A stretch of 64,000 nucleotides of DNA from assembly GCF_006345805.1 (NCBI RefSeq), contig NW_021833452.1, positions 24,270 through 88,269 of the forward strand, in the 5' to 3' direction. The position numbers were made by a program, and so were the translations under genes. Origin of the DNA: Octopus sinensis. Its lineage: Eukaryota. This document shows positions 1 through 14,029 of the stretch, piece after piece. The number at the start of each line of letters is the position of its first letter. Within the stretch, counting starts at the first letter, position 1. The notes below the pieces were generated by a model. The model searched no databases. It had not been told where the DNA came from and was given only the letters and a program-made list of their open reading frames with translations.

Positions 1-28
1 ACACACACGCACACACACACACACATAC

Positions 29-71
<43 letters not shown>

Positions 72-299
72 CATACGAGTTAGTAACACCTGTAAGGATG
101 TGTTTTATCTATTCACCAAAGTGAATGGAACCTTGTCCGGGAGAAACCAATGTCGTCAGACGTTATCCTCGTTCGTCGGATGTTTCGACCCTGAACCTTA
201 ACACCCTACTGTTGGTGGGTCAACAGAGGTGGCCTATTCACTGCTCCTCAACTCCTCATGCCTTCCAGCGTTAATCTTACACCAAATCCAGCAAAAGGC

Positions 300-1730
300 T
301 CTTTCAGTTGCCTCTCCCATCATGCGCACAGCCATCCTTCCCTCCTTACCTCTCATTACAGTTGCTGTAAAAAATCATCCATGCTGACTGGGCAAAGAAT
401 CCCCTACAGCCAACCACGACTGGGAATATCCATACCTGCCATCCCTTCTCCCTGCAATCCTGCAGAAGGCTCTTATATCTGTCACACTTCCGTTTATGGG
501 CCTCGTTACAACCCGCTCCCCACTTGACTGTTCGTTCAATTATGATAATTTTCTGGGCCTTTTAAGACCACAGAACCACATCAGGCCTCAGGGTTGCATG
601 GACAACCTGGTGAAACTGAAATCTCTTCCCTAAGTCTACCTTCATATTCCATGGTTTAGACCCTTGCAGCAATCTACGTATTGCTTTTGCTGGCTTTACT
701 GGTTTCTCTCCCTCTTTCACGAACTTAATTGCGGCCGTTATCTTCCCTTGGTGATGATGCTTCTTACACCTTTACTGCTCCAGGTTGTGAGCAAGTATTT
801 GTATCTGCCTTGAGGAAGTGTTATTCTGCACCCTGCCAAGATGTGTGTCAGAGTGCCCCTTTCCCACAAAGTCTACACAGCTGGTCTTCCCTCAAACCTT
901 ATCTGTGCAGGTTTGTTGGCGTCGGGAGTGCAAAGGTTCCAGCCTCCACAGGTCAGTCCATGTGAGCTTCCTCTTAAGGAGATCCCATTTAGTCCATGCA
1001 CTCCGAGATACCAACTTCACAGCTCTGATTTCCTTTCATCTTCCTCCTGGTTCCACATTGCTTTCTGAGGCTTATCCTGCCTCTCCCTGGTGTCTGCTTT
1101 CTTCCATTGTTGGAAATAGGAAGAGCCAAGTCCCTTGCGACCCCAACATGTAGCTCCAATTATGACGCGTAGCTCCAGCATGCCTTCAGCCTGAGCGACA
1201 GCGGTGCTAGATATCCACAGCTTGTGGTAATACCTGTATGTCTGCCAAGCTCGTCCTTAGAGTCCCTCTACATCATTACATTACATTTTGCTACTTTAAA
1301 TTCCTCCATTAAATACGAGAGGGGAAGTTGTAGCCTTCCAGATCTTATGGACAGGCCTACTGAAGTGAAGCTTGGGAAACTCCGAGCAATCTTCGGAGGT
1401 ATTTAGTTATCTTTCTCTCCACCCTTTCCACATTTGTCATTGGAAACTCATACAGCGTCAGCAAGCATATGAGTCTTGGGAGCAGTCTGTGTTGGTAGAG
1501 CCATGCCCTGAACTTTCCTTGAAGCCCTGATCTATCAATCCTCATCAGCTACTCCTCTGCTTGCTTCACAATTTTGGTGACATTGCCTCTCTCTGACAGC
1601 GACTTGTCAAACATCTTTTCAAGGCATTTACTAGGATTTACCTCTATTGATAGAATGCTCTCTGCACTTGGACCCTGATTTTGTTGGTTACCTTACTGCC
1701 CTCCCTGATTACCATGCTCTCCGAAATGCT
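300..1730 (-). mobile_element. Degenerate RLE-type non-LTR retrotransposon (HERO/R2-superfamily-like)
   Basis: IDRSGLQGKFRAWLYQHRLLPRL...ERKITKYLRRLLGV thumb-region peptide; remnant of PDVVLWS..KIIIIE.TV restriction-like endonuclease near 530-590; multiple stops and frameshifts. Confidence 0.8.
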
Positions 1731-2049
1731 TAGGAAGATGGTTCAATTCATGCACAAGCTCAATGACGAGAAAGAAAACCACTTTATGTTTGTCACTGAA
1801 TCTAATACAAAGTAATTATTTGAGACTAGATATCTGTGGGAACTTCTAGATGACACCAACTTCTGTTGAATATGTTCAAAATCTGAAAAAGTGGATACAA
1901 ATGAAAGGAAACGATGGGGGAATAAAAACATAAATAAGGCAGTGCTTCATTTTAAATTAAGTGCTTCGTTACTACTTTGTAGCCATACAAAATGTTAAAA
2001 GGTGTGAGGTGTTCATACACAACTGTATTACATCTGTTTAGACAACAAT

Positions 2050-2980
2050 AGTGATACGAGGTCATTCGGAGAAAGAGTGCTTGTGGCCTGGTTTTTTAGT
2101 TTGGCGCCAGGCAAACGGATAAGCCTTTTGTCCTGTCGGTTTCTGGAGAAATTTATGTGTTTGGAAGAGACCTTTGACCCTTTTCCGGTCAGGGAAAGTT
2201 TAAGAGATCACCCTTTAAAATGCGACGCGCTGGGTTTGTTTGGGCAGTTCGGCCGGAGACAGTGAATTGGCAACAGGGCAGTTTAGGAGTTCTGTCTGTG
2301 ACAGTGAAATGGCAACAGGGCAGTAGTCGATGCGAAGATGGTGATGGGAGAGGCAGCGACAACGTTGAGAAAGACATACACAGAGAATTGGGAGCGAAAG
2401 TGAGAGAGTACGGCGGAAAGGCACGGCTATTGTAACTAGAAAATGTAACGGTAAAGTTTTGTTTATGCTTTAATGTGAATTGTTTTAAAAAGAGAAGGAA
2501 AAGAGGAAGAAAAGAAATGAGATTATAAAGAACATTGTGAACTGATGTGAAATGTAAAAGAAAGAGAAAGACTTTAATGTAGAACATTGTTTCGAACTAT
2601 ATTGCATCAGTTTGAACTGTTTTGATTTGTCTCCGGACTTGGTGTATCGTGAACTGTTTGATTGTTTTCGAACGACGTGTTATGTTTAAATGCTTTGATT
2701 TTGTTGTTTTCTTGTTAATTCTGTTGCATGTTATTTTCTTTAATGTATCTGCTATGTTTCACATTGTATTTGATGTTGTAATAATTGTTATAAACTGTTC
2801 TTAAACGTAAGAAATCGCCTTCCGCCGTCTCTCTATCTCTTCCTCCTGTTGTTGTTGTTGTTATCTCCGGTCACCGGTTCGAGTTCGCTGCCATCCCCCC
2901 ACCACAGTTTTCTCTCTGTGGCGAATTCCCCGTTCGACTGAGCTGGTCAATCGTCGTCGCTCGACTTAGTAGGTATGATG
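2050..2980. mobile_element. Non-coding GC-richer insertion, possibly an LTR or retroelement UTR
   Basis: Composition shift, an internal direct repeat (gacagtgaa.tggcaacagggcagt x2) and no credible ORF. Confidence 0.3.
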
Positions 2981-3949
2981 GTCATTAAGAAAGTAAAGGA
3001 TGCTTCTTTCTGCATTTCACCATATGTCAGCTTTCTTCACTCCTAATTTAAAACCAAGATTTCTGGTCTCCTACCAACAGAATCTTTATAAATTTAACAG
3101 AATCATCCTACCGACTGCTTCCTAACCATGATGGTCCTATACCAGGGATTCTCAAACATTTTAAATGTGGTTTCTTTTCATTTACCAAGGATTTCTCAAT
3201 GTTCCTTACCTTCCTACGACTCTATATAACACATTTTTAATGTCGTTTCAATTAATACCATATCAGATTAATTTCCCTCTCGATCCTAGTCTTGACATAG
3301 GTGACTACTTACCACAGAACCTTCACCAGAATAAGTGAATACTTGATGCTTCACCACTTAGTTTTCTTTACTGATCCAACCGTTGATACATAGCTTCAGT
3401 TAAACTCGGGTACACATTCTTTGTGTTTCATATATACATAACCTCATATAATATTTTCCCATAGCGTCCCCACACATGGGTAGTACTGACCTCACTGGGA
3501 AATCTTGCTCAATATTCCTACAGACAATATCTTATCGAGTGACTACCATCCAGTCATTATAACTTCCAATGTTTCAATTATGAAGTTAAAAGTTACAAAC
3601 AACCATCATATTTGTCCCTTTAGGTATCTTTCATTATTCAATGAACACCAGTACAATTTTATAAAGCCAGATCAAGTACCTGTGTGACACACCAGTGTTT
3701 TCATATGTTTGACAAAATCTGCATAAAATGGTGTAGCCCTTGACATCAGTAAAACTTTCGACTACGTATGGCAAGAGGACTTCTTTAAAAAGTCACCATC
3801 CATCTATGGGCTCCATTTGTCTCTCTTCTCCTCTGAAAATTTCATATCAGAATACCCCCTTTCAGTGTGTGATGATGGGTTTCTCTCTCATTCACATTCC
3901 ATCTACATTGCCAAGCTAAAAATTCGGTCAAGAATAATATTCTTTTCTA

Positions 3950-4155
3950 CTCAAGGCACAATGCCTGACATTTTGGTGGAGGGGGCCAGTCGATTAGACC
4001 GACCGCAGAAGGCTACTAGTACTTAATATATCAACCTAGAAAAGATGACAAAAAAAGTCGACCTCGGCGAAATTTGATCTCAGAACGTAAACACAGACGA
4101 AATACTGCTAAACATTTCACCTGGCGTGCTAACGATTCTGCCAACTCGCTGCCTT
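3950..4155 (-). mobile_element. SINE family B (tRNA-like head, Nin/Deu-like core)
   Basis: Matches the copies at 29570, 39910 and 54580 in reverse orientation. Confidence 0.8.
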
Positions 4156-4303
4156 GGTCAAGAATTTTATTATAACATTAATGGCAATTAGAGGAAAGAG
4201 ATGAAGAAAGAAATGAAATATTATGGAGAAATATATGCAGTTAGTTTGAAGTATTCAAATTGCCTATAAAATAATAAAGAAAGCAATAAACAGAACAACT
4301 TAC

Positions 4304-4381
4304 TTCGCCTGGCTTCTCCTCAATTAAGATTTTCAATCCTTCCACATCATTATTTCTAATTTTATTAAAGATTGAGGCCAT
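4304..4381 (-). CDS. First coding exon of a tandem paralog (MASIFNKIRNNDVEGLKILIEEKPGE); remainder would lie left of the window or is lost
   Basis: Same ag-AC-ATG context and GTAAGTTG donor as 63353-63436. Flanks at about 3450-4960 are homologous to 62700-64000. Confidence 0.75.
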
Positions 4382-4981
4382 GTCTTCTGAATAAAAGATG
4401 TCAAAAAAAGAGTAAAACAGTTTTTAAAAACTAATAAAATGGGGTAAACAACAATAAATAGAAATTGATGATTCTAAAATCTTGCATAAGATAACATTGA
4501 TATTGTAAACTTCAGTTTTTTTTAAGTATTATTCATAGCTGAATGTTCTTCTTGACACTAATAAACCTAACAGCAGTCATTGTGTTGTATCTCTAGGTTA
4601 GATTACAGATTGACTGGGTACTATTAAACCCCCAATAATGGAATGTACAGTCTGTTGATCAGCTACAAAGGGGTAGCGTACATGTTGAGCTATAAATCTG
4701 TGGATCATACCCCAGCTACGGTGGAGGGTACTTTATATCAAAGACAAACTCATTCTCCAAAGAAAGGTAAATTTACGAAAAATAGTAAAAGAATCAATGA
4801 AACAGAGTTTGTTCAATAAAACCTCCTGTATTGATCTTTGTCGAAACACTAGCAAAGTAAATGAGATCACATCAGACACTATCAACAAGTTCTTACTTTA
4901 TAGATTTTTGCAAATATCTTTATGACTATTCATAATTATTTAATAAATTTCCCTTATATATACATATATACATACATATTT

Positions 4982-5015
<34 letters not shown>

Positions 5016-5237
5016 CATCACCAGCATCACTTAACGTCCATACTTTTCATCCATTCATGAGTAAGATAGATGACAGGTGTCGGCCAGGTACCCTAGGAAG
5101 GAATTATACGGGTGGATGCCCTTCCAAACGCCAACCACCAGTTTTGTCCCACTGTATGACACCTTGGGCAAGTACCCAGTGAAAAACCTGCCAAAATGAA
5201 GTGTTTGTGTTTGTGTGTGTATGTGCCTGTGCATATA

Positions 5238-5268
<31 letters not shown>

Positions 5269-5273
<5 letters not shown>

Positions 5274-5291
5274 TATATATATATATGTATG

Positions 5292-5365
<74 letters not shown>

Positions 5366-5917
5366 ATGTATTTGTGTGTGTCTGAGTGTATTTTTCCATT
5401 TGCTTTTACTGAAAATTGCTCAGCTATGAACGATTAGATTATAATTTTCCCTGTTAATAGACAAACTATTGGAATAAGTGATCCCTTGAACAACAGGTAA
5501 GCGTTAATAACATGAAGGGGATCCAGATGCAGAAAGATTGGATGAATAATATACTCATACAACCAATGGTAGTATGGAGAAAAGGTGTAAAATGATTGCT
5601 TTATATGCATATATACGTACATATATAAGCCTATGTATGTGTATACTCGTGTGTATGTGTGAGTAGCTGTATGGCATAGTGATTCGGATGTTACCCTCAC
5701 AATAGTTAGATCGTGGGTTTGATTCTTGCAATGCCCTTCATTTCCCATTGCTGTAAATGGGCGACCATACGATGGACAAGACTTCCGAATGTTCGCCTGC
5801 TTTCCTAACCAGTGGAGTGACATCATTCAAAACGTAAAACAATGCAAAGCACATTGTGATCAGTGATATGTAACATGTGACAGTGTAGTCGATCATGTAT
5901 ATATATATATATGTATG

Positions 5918-5991
<74 letters not shown>

Positions 5992-6520
5992 ATGTATTTG
6001 TGTGTGTCTGAGTGTATTTTTCCATTTGCTTTTACTGAAAATTGCTCAGCTATGAACGATTAGATTATAATTTTCCCTGTTAATAGACAAACTATTGGAA
6101 TAAGTGATCCCTTGAACAACAGGTAAGCGTTAATAACATGAAGGGGATCCAGATGCAGAAAGATTGGATGAATAATATACTCATACAACCAATGGTAGTA
6201 TGGAGAAAAGGTGTAAAATGATTGCTTTATATGCATATATACGTACATATATAAGCCTATGTATGTGTATACTCGTGTGTATGTGTGAGTAGCTGTATGG
6301 CATAGTGATTCGGATGTTACCCTCACAATAGTTAGATCGTGGGTTTGATTCTTGCAATGCCCTTCATTTCCCATTGCTGTAAATGGGCGACCATACGATG
6401 GACAAGACTTCCGAATGTTCGCCTGCTTTCCTAACCAGTGGAGTGACATCATTCAAAACGTAAAACAATGCAAAGCACATTGTGATCAGTGATATGTAAC
6501 ATGTGACAGTGTAGTCGATC
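5269..6520. repeat. Apparently perfect 626-bp tandem duplication
   Basis: Identical ORFs 5434-5826 and 6060-6452 offset by 626; even the TA-run structure appears identical. Confidence 0.95.
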
Positions 6521-6566
<46 letters not shown>

Positions 6567-6579
6567 GTATGTATTTATA

Positions 6580-7590
6580 CCTTCAGCACATCCTTCAGTG
6601 AGGTGAATGCTCTCCATCCTGCTCTTACCCTTCGCGACATCCCATTCTCCATCTCTCGCCTCTAATCGCTTCTTGACCAAGATACACATCGCTGTCCATC
6701 TCTTCTATTTCATCGCCCCAACTGCTGGTTGACCAATCGGTGTGCCTTCAGACTGTATGTACTTGGTTTTCATAAGATTGATCTTAGAAGCCGAGTGTCG
6801 AATCATTGAAATTTAGTTCGTCCATCATGGTCTGCAGCTGGTCGCTGTTCTCCGCTCTCAGCGCTATGTTGTCAGCGAAAGTTAGAACCTAGACAAGGCC
6901 ATTCACACCAATCACTTCAGCAGCACACATTTGCCTGCAATGCTATACACATGTGGGACTTGGGCCTTGTTGAAGAGGTAACAACTGCTTACAGTGCAGA
7001 GATCCATAGAAACGTTGATGTAAGGAATCTGGCCAAGAGATCACACCTGGAACGAGGATATCAGGAATAGAAATGAAGTGAAGGACATCGTCGCAAAATA
7101 CCACCACACAAAGCTACGATGGTCCGCTCATGTCGCAAGAGTCACAAACCGTGCAGTTGTAAGGTGATCGAACACACAGTCAGAGGTTACACATCACTAA
7201 ACACAATGCGCTTTGCATCGTTTTAACATTCTGATGATGTTAACCCACTGGTTAAGAAAGCAGGCCAACATTATGAAGTCCAGTCTGTCGTAGGGTTAAC
7301 CATTTACATCAATGGGAAAGGAATTGTTTCGCACAAGATCACAAAGCGACACCCTGTCAAGGAATCAAACCCACGATCTTGCAATTGTGAGGCCAACACC
7401 CTAACCACTAGACCATACAGCTCCACACACTTGCGAATGGAAGAAGCCACTCAGAAGACCTCCAGCCAGATGCGAAGTTGATTAAATAATAAATGTTTAG
7501 AAGAACCTGGAGGAGCAATACGAGAGCATAAGTGGAATGGAGCAAATTCTGTGGGCAGTGGAGCCGAATCGGCACCAGACAGCCTGGCCA
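6580..7590. mobile_element. RTE-clade LINE fragment with inverted 5' part
   Basis: Minus strand 6890->6580 reads FADNIAL...KTKY...YLGQ; plus strand from about 6930 reads LPAMLYTCGTW and continues into the 3' end; a SINE fragment is nested at about 7180-7430. Confidence 0.7.
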
Positions 7591-7597
7591 ATATATA

Positions 7598-9583
7598 TCT
7601 TTATATACATTAAACTGAGAATGTGGGTCTGTCTGTCTGTGTGTTTCCCTAAAACTTGAGAACTACACAACCAATTTCATTCAAATTTTACACATGCCTT
7701 AATTAAGGTCCGGGGAGTGTCATCGGCAAAAACATTCTTTTAACTTTTTGCCTAGAGCGAGCCCACAGCAATATCATATTTTCTCCACTATGATTCCCTA
7801 AAACTTGAGAACTGCACAACCAATTCCATTCAAATTTTACACATGCCTTACTTAGGGTCCATGTAGTCTCATGGGCAAAAAAATGTTCAACTTCTTCTTT
7901 AGAGCGAGCCCATATCAATATCATATCTTCTCCACTATTTCAGAATTTCGTGTTAAAAGTGAAACAAAAACGCTTCTCTATTTTATGTCAGATACTTTTA
8001 CGTTAACAATAAAAATAATAAACAATTGAATGATATGTAGTAAGTAATAATTTTAAAATCAAACTAAAAGTATAATATAATCGTAACCTAACAAAAGTAC
8101 AAAATAGCATTTGGTATAAAATTGTATCAATGATTTGAACTTGAATAAGTGGTTTCACATGAATGGGAATAAATGAAAAATAAAATTAGCATGAAGAAAT
8201 GGAATAGTCCAGATGGATAAGAACCAAATTAAATTGTATATATATATAGTACTATATTAGTATATATATATATTAATATTATATGGCTGACGGTTTAGTA
8301 AGGAGACACACAAATAAGAACGAGAGAACAGCAAGGACCATTTGATGCGGTCACAGGAGTGCGACGACGACGAAAAGAACTCTGGCCGAAATAAGATTAA
8401 GATTAATGTAAAAAATAAATAACACTGAAGCAAAGTAACACCAAATATATTGTGCGTGTGTTTTTATTGGCTAAACTGGCAAAATGACCATTCCAAAATA
8501 CAACAATATATGTTTTAAAACACAACTTCACATAAAAATTCTTGCTCAACAAATATATTTTTTAGTGTTTTACTTGTTTCGGGCATTAGACAGCAGCCAT
8601 GCTGGAGCACCACCTTCAAGGGTTTTGGTTGAACAAACCGACCCCGGGGCGTTTATTTAGCCTAATACTTATTTCATCAGTATCTTTAAGCGAACCACTA
8701 AGTTATGGGAGTCAAATGCCATGGCTTGACGGGATTGAACCCGGAATCATATGGTTGGGAAGCAAGCTTCTTATCGCTCAGCCATGCTTGTGACAAAATA
8801 TATAAATATATGCATATATAAATTGTTTTTCTGTCTTGGGAGGATCATATGCCAACATTATTAACACACGCACTGGTTCAGTTTCATTCCTTTATTATTA
8901 GTCTATACTAAATTAATCTATTTCCTATGCATGCACACATACATACACACACATAAACATACATATGTATATATAAAGATAGGGGAAATTTTACAGGACC
9001 GATTTTTATGAAGTTTTATAAACGAATGAAATAAAGGGACCTCATTGAATTTAGAAACGACAAAAATGAAATGCATGTTACGGGATTTATTTTTGATGTT
9101 TTAAATATTTTACTTCAGGACAAACAAGATGAAGCGTAAAAGATAACATAACATTTTTCTGTAATCCGAAGCCCAACGCTCCGAAAGTCGAAGGGTTATG
9201 GAAACACAAGAAAGACAGGCACCAGTGTAAGGGACAAAGAAATGCCGTGGAGATACAACAGCAACGAGAAGTAAAAAGGCCAGTTTCAAACGAGTAGACA
9301 AGTCCACCAGGTGTGACACGAAACACCAGAGGAGAAATGGCAAAGCTTAACTGAATATACGTTAACAGAACAACTTCAGAGTAACGCAGATAGAAACGAA
9401 CGTTCCAGAGAACAGGAACTATCTGACCAACTGCAAGTCAGTTTGGAATTTAGGACGTTTTCTTGTGAAGAGTGGCGACTAGTAGCCTTTAGCTGAGATT
9501 TTATAGATAAGCATTACGAAAGATGCCTTTTGAATAGATTTGTGTACAGTGCATACCGGGGCAAAGGCCGGGTGACTTGCTAG
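7598..9583 (+). mobile_element. Non-autonomous Helitron
   Basis: 5' A|TC start; 3' GC hairpin ccggggcaaaggccggg followed by CTAG|T; internal tandem repeat of about 150 bp; related 5' end at 48094. Confidence 0.72.
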
Positions 9584-9898
9584 TATATATATTCTAAATA
9601 CACATATTTTGTATATTAATATATACATGCTATATATATGCATACGAAGAACTTACGTTATTTATATATATATTAATCATATGTATGTATGTATGTATAT
9701 ATATATACATATACATACATACATATATATATATATATACCTATATACACATATATATACACACACACATATATATATATACACACATATATATATACAT
9801 ATATATATACACATATATACATATATACATATATATACATATATATATATACATATCTATATACATATATATACATATATATTCACACACACACACAC

Positions 9899-9936
<38 letters not shown>

Positions 9937-10251
9937 TTATACATGTGCATATATATATACATATATATAATAATAAGAGTAAATAGTTCCTATAATGGTT
10001 TTTAAAAAACCAACAATTACTTACTGGTAGAATTCGGTATGTAAATATAACCAATTAACGGTAGGAACTTCTGTAAAGTTCAATATATATATTGTATATA
10101 GATAAATGGGGCAGGCAACAGGTTGCTTGGCCGCATACCAAAAAATTAGAAATAGCAGTCAAGACTGTTTATTTATGTTTTCTACAAGTGGGACTCCACA
10201 TACGACATATTTCTGTAATTCACCACTTGTAGAAAACAGAAATAAACAGTC

Positions 10252-10282
<31 letters not shown>

Positions 10283-10370
10283 CATGCATATATATATATA
10301 TATATTATCTACTTATATATACATACATATATATACAAACTTATATATACAAACATATATATATGTATAC

Positions 10371-10401
<31 letters not shown>

Positions 10402-10479
10402 CATACATACATATATATATATACATATATATAAATACATAGTTATATATACGTATATATGTATATATATGTGTACTAA

Positions 10480-10800
10480 AGAGTCATCTTCGTAGTCATA
10501 AAGCGGGACAGATGAGTGACAACCTGGCCACTGGTGGTGGTGTAACACACCATACTAATCATAACTGTCGGGTATGTGGAAGAGAGTGTAATTCGACAGG
10601 AGGACTTAAACGCGATGCAAAGGTACATGAAGCCCAGTTACAACTACAGCCGGCTATTACCGGTAAAGGTCTTAGTTGCATTTTGTACAAGTCCATTGTA
10701 GATCTTGAGATGGGCTAAAAAGTCACATTCGATCACAGCACCAGTAACAGTGAAGTTTTCGTGCAATGGGCATACTCGATAACGAGGGGGCAGCCATAAT
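10480..10800 (+). mobile_element. LINE 3' end with degenerate C2H2-like knuckle
   Basis: CRVCGRECNSTGGLKR..KVH is typical of RTE-group ORF2 C-termini; isolated between TA tracts. Confidence 0.55.
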
Positions 10801-11671
10801 ATATATATATATATATATATATTATATGATATATATATAATGCATACATACATAATATATATACATATATATATATACACACAATATATACATATATAAG
10901 TATACATATATATATATATAAACATATGTATATATATGTATATATATATACATATATATATAAACATATATATAATATACACACATATAAACATATATCA
11001 TCATATATATATATAAACATATATATCATATACATACATATAGACATATATGTATACAAACTTATACATGTATGTGTTATATAAAATTCTTTCTTTGTGT
11101 GTATGTGTGGTGTGTTGTGCGTGTGTATGTGTGTGTGTGTGTGTGTGTGTGTTCTAGGAACTCGGGCAGCCTCCATCCGATTGCGCTCAAATTTGTCGGT
11201 ATCAAAGCGTGTATAAGTCTTGAAAAAATTACAAAAATCGATTCCAGGTGAGAATGCGATCGATAAAACCGTCGGAACGTGCATTTGTACGCGCAAGTAC
11301 ATCAGCTGTTGCGAACCATACTACGCGTAAGCGAGACAAATGCACGTGCACTTTGCGCAAAAAAGGCCGGATGGCTTGAAATAATGTCACAAAATGCAGT
11401 ATATTTAAGAGACCGAAAAGAGATATTTTCTTCAAACTTGACATGAAGGAAGGAAAGACTATTTGGTTTCTAAAGAAATTTTTTTTGCCTTAACTTTGTT
11501 GAACAAAACTAAAAAAATTATTGAAATAAAGGCTTGATTAATTATATCTTAATGAAAAGAAAACACTGATTGCTTTTTATTCAGCAGATGTGATTCAGCA
11601 CCGTCCATTGGACTGGGGGGCGTTTTATTCGTACGTATATACAAACATATACATACATATATATATCATAT

Positions 11672-11740
<69 letters not shown>

Positions 11741-11754
11741 ATACAATATACATA

Positions 11755-11804
<50 letters not shown>

Positions 11805-11811
<7 letters not shown>

Positions 11812-12118
11812 CGTAATCACCATGACCGACCAGGCTGTCAGATATTGCTACACATCGCTGGTTACAATGCGCTTCGCATTGTTTTAGCCTTCGAATGACG
11901 CTACCCCGCTGGCTAAGCGAGCAGCCCAACAGAAGAAAGAGTGAGAGAAAGTTGTGGCGAAAGGGTACAGCAGGGATCACCACCACCACCTGCCGGAGCC
12001 TCGTGGGGCTTTAGGTGTTTTCGCTCAATGAACACTCACAACGCCCGGTCTGGGAATCGAAATCGCGATCCTACGACTTCGAGTCCGCTGCCCTAACCAC
12101 TGGGCCATTGTGCCTCCA
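11805..12118 (-). mobile_element. SINE family C (tRNA-derived head)
   Basis: Reverse copy of the element at 60385-60690; A box TGGCCCAGTGG, B box-like TTCGATTCCC. Confidence 0.85.
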
Positions 12119-12127
12119 CACACACAC

Positions 12128-12164
<37 letters not shown>

Positions 12165-12262
12165 ATATATATATCGATATTAATAATACAATAATTGTTT
12201 CTTGTCAGGAACAAAAAGATTAATAGGACTACTGTAGAAGTGCTCTATTGGAAGAGACAAAA

Positions 12263-12388
12263 ATATCAAACTAAAATTATTGAATAAACAAATGCAAGGT
12301 CATCCGCATATCATTTCATAATTCGAACATTTAATTATAGAATAAACATATAACCCGCAGGATGGAACAAAATTCATCTGTACAGCAC

Positions 12389-12422
<34 letters not shown>

Positions 12423-12850
12423 GGTGCGAGAAAAATTCCTATCATTAAAAATTTAGATTTAATATTTTAGCGATTCAGAGAAAATACATTTATAAAAAGA
12501 CGTAGAAAGTAAAATATAATATAAGTAATATATAAAAATATATAGGTATATAAAAAATATAGGGTATAAAAAATATATAAAAATATATATATATATTATA
12601 TATATATATATATACATATAGGAGCATATAAAAACATATATAATATATATCATGTAAATAAATTAAAGTAAGGTTCATCGTTTAGAAATCTTATTAAATA
12701 AATAATTCAGGTAAAATAAGCCTTATAAGTAAGAAGGAAATCATGTTTCCTTATCCCTATGGCCATTTCAGGGGTGTATTATGTTTAAAGCACTCTGAAT
12801 CGCTAAAATATTAAATCTAAATTTTTAATGATAGGAATTTTTCTCGCACC

Positions 12851-12927
<77 letters not shown>

Positions 12928-13093
12928 TATTATTATTATTTTATTATTATTATTATTATTATTTTATTATTATGTGCTATACAGATGAATTTTGTTCCAT
13001 CCTGCGGGTTATATGTTTATTCTATAATTAAATGTTCGAATTATGAAATGATATGCGGATGACCTTGCATTTGTTTATTCAATAATTTTAGTT

Positions 13094-13099
<6 letters not shown>
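12263..13099. mobile_element. Foldback/MITE-like element with long terminal inverted repeats
   Basis: 12263-12480 is the near-perfect reverse complement of 12793-13099, apart from (AAT)n length. Confidence 0.85.
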
Positions 13100-13166
<67 letters not shown>

Positions 13167-13173
13167 ATGTATA

Positions 13174-13205
<32 letters not shown>

Positions 13206-13221
13206 CGTATATATATATCTA

Positions 13222-13264
<43 letters not shown>

Positions 13265-13291
13265 ATATATATATATATACGTACATATATA

Positions 13292-13340
<49 letters not shown>

Positions 13341-13379
13341 TATATCTATATACGTATATATTATATATATATACGTATG

Positions 13380-13453
<74 letters not shown>

Positions 13454-13696
13454 TATACCTATATATAGCCTCCACTCCGTTTTTTTTTTGTATGTGCATG
13501 TGTATATATTAATATATGTGATTCTGTGTGAATGAATACGTATATATGTGTATGAGCGTTTCTCTGCGTGTATGTATGTGTAAGGTCCATGTTTTCGGGT
13601 GTGTAGACGTCTCTTTATATACCTGTTTATGTATGGGTATATATGTGTGTGTGTGTGTATGTGGGTGTGTGTCAGTGTTTGTATGTGTGCGTGTAC

Positions 13697-13901
13697 TCTT
13701 TTACTTGTTTCAGTCATTTGACTGTGACCATGATGGAGCACCACCTTTAGTCGAGCATATCGACGCCAGGACTTATTCTTTGTAAGCCTAGTACTTATTC
13801 TGTCGAAATCTTTTACCGAACCTCTAAGTTACGGGGACGTAAACACACCAGCATCGGTTGTCAAGCGATGTTGGAGGGGACAAATACAGACACACAAGAA
13901 T

Positions 13902-13920
<19 letters not shown>
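13697..13920 (-). mobile_element. SINE family A, 3' half
   Basis: ctcttttacttgtttcagtcatttgactg...gacaaatacagac consensus. Confidence 0.85.
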
Positions 13921-13936
<16 letters not shown>

Positions 13937-14029
13937 AGCATATATTTACCAGGTGGTGCTATAAGGTTAGACATGGCGTGGACCAATCTTTGCTCGAAAC
14001 ATATCTAAGTTTATCTATTATATATTTCA

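Noticed and set aside
3310-3425. Possible exon 2 of the paralog (GTAAGT donor near 3312)
   Set aside because: Stops in all frames tried and no ankyrin similarity.
10512-10718. Apparent C2H2 zinc-finger gene
   Set aside because: Degenerate, no splice context, and matches the C-terminal knuckle of LINE ORF2.
9609-13535. Many Y/I/H/T-rich ORFs (also 5055-6025 and 61468-62163)
   Set aside because: Translations of (TA)n, (CA)n and (TACA)n microsatellites.
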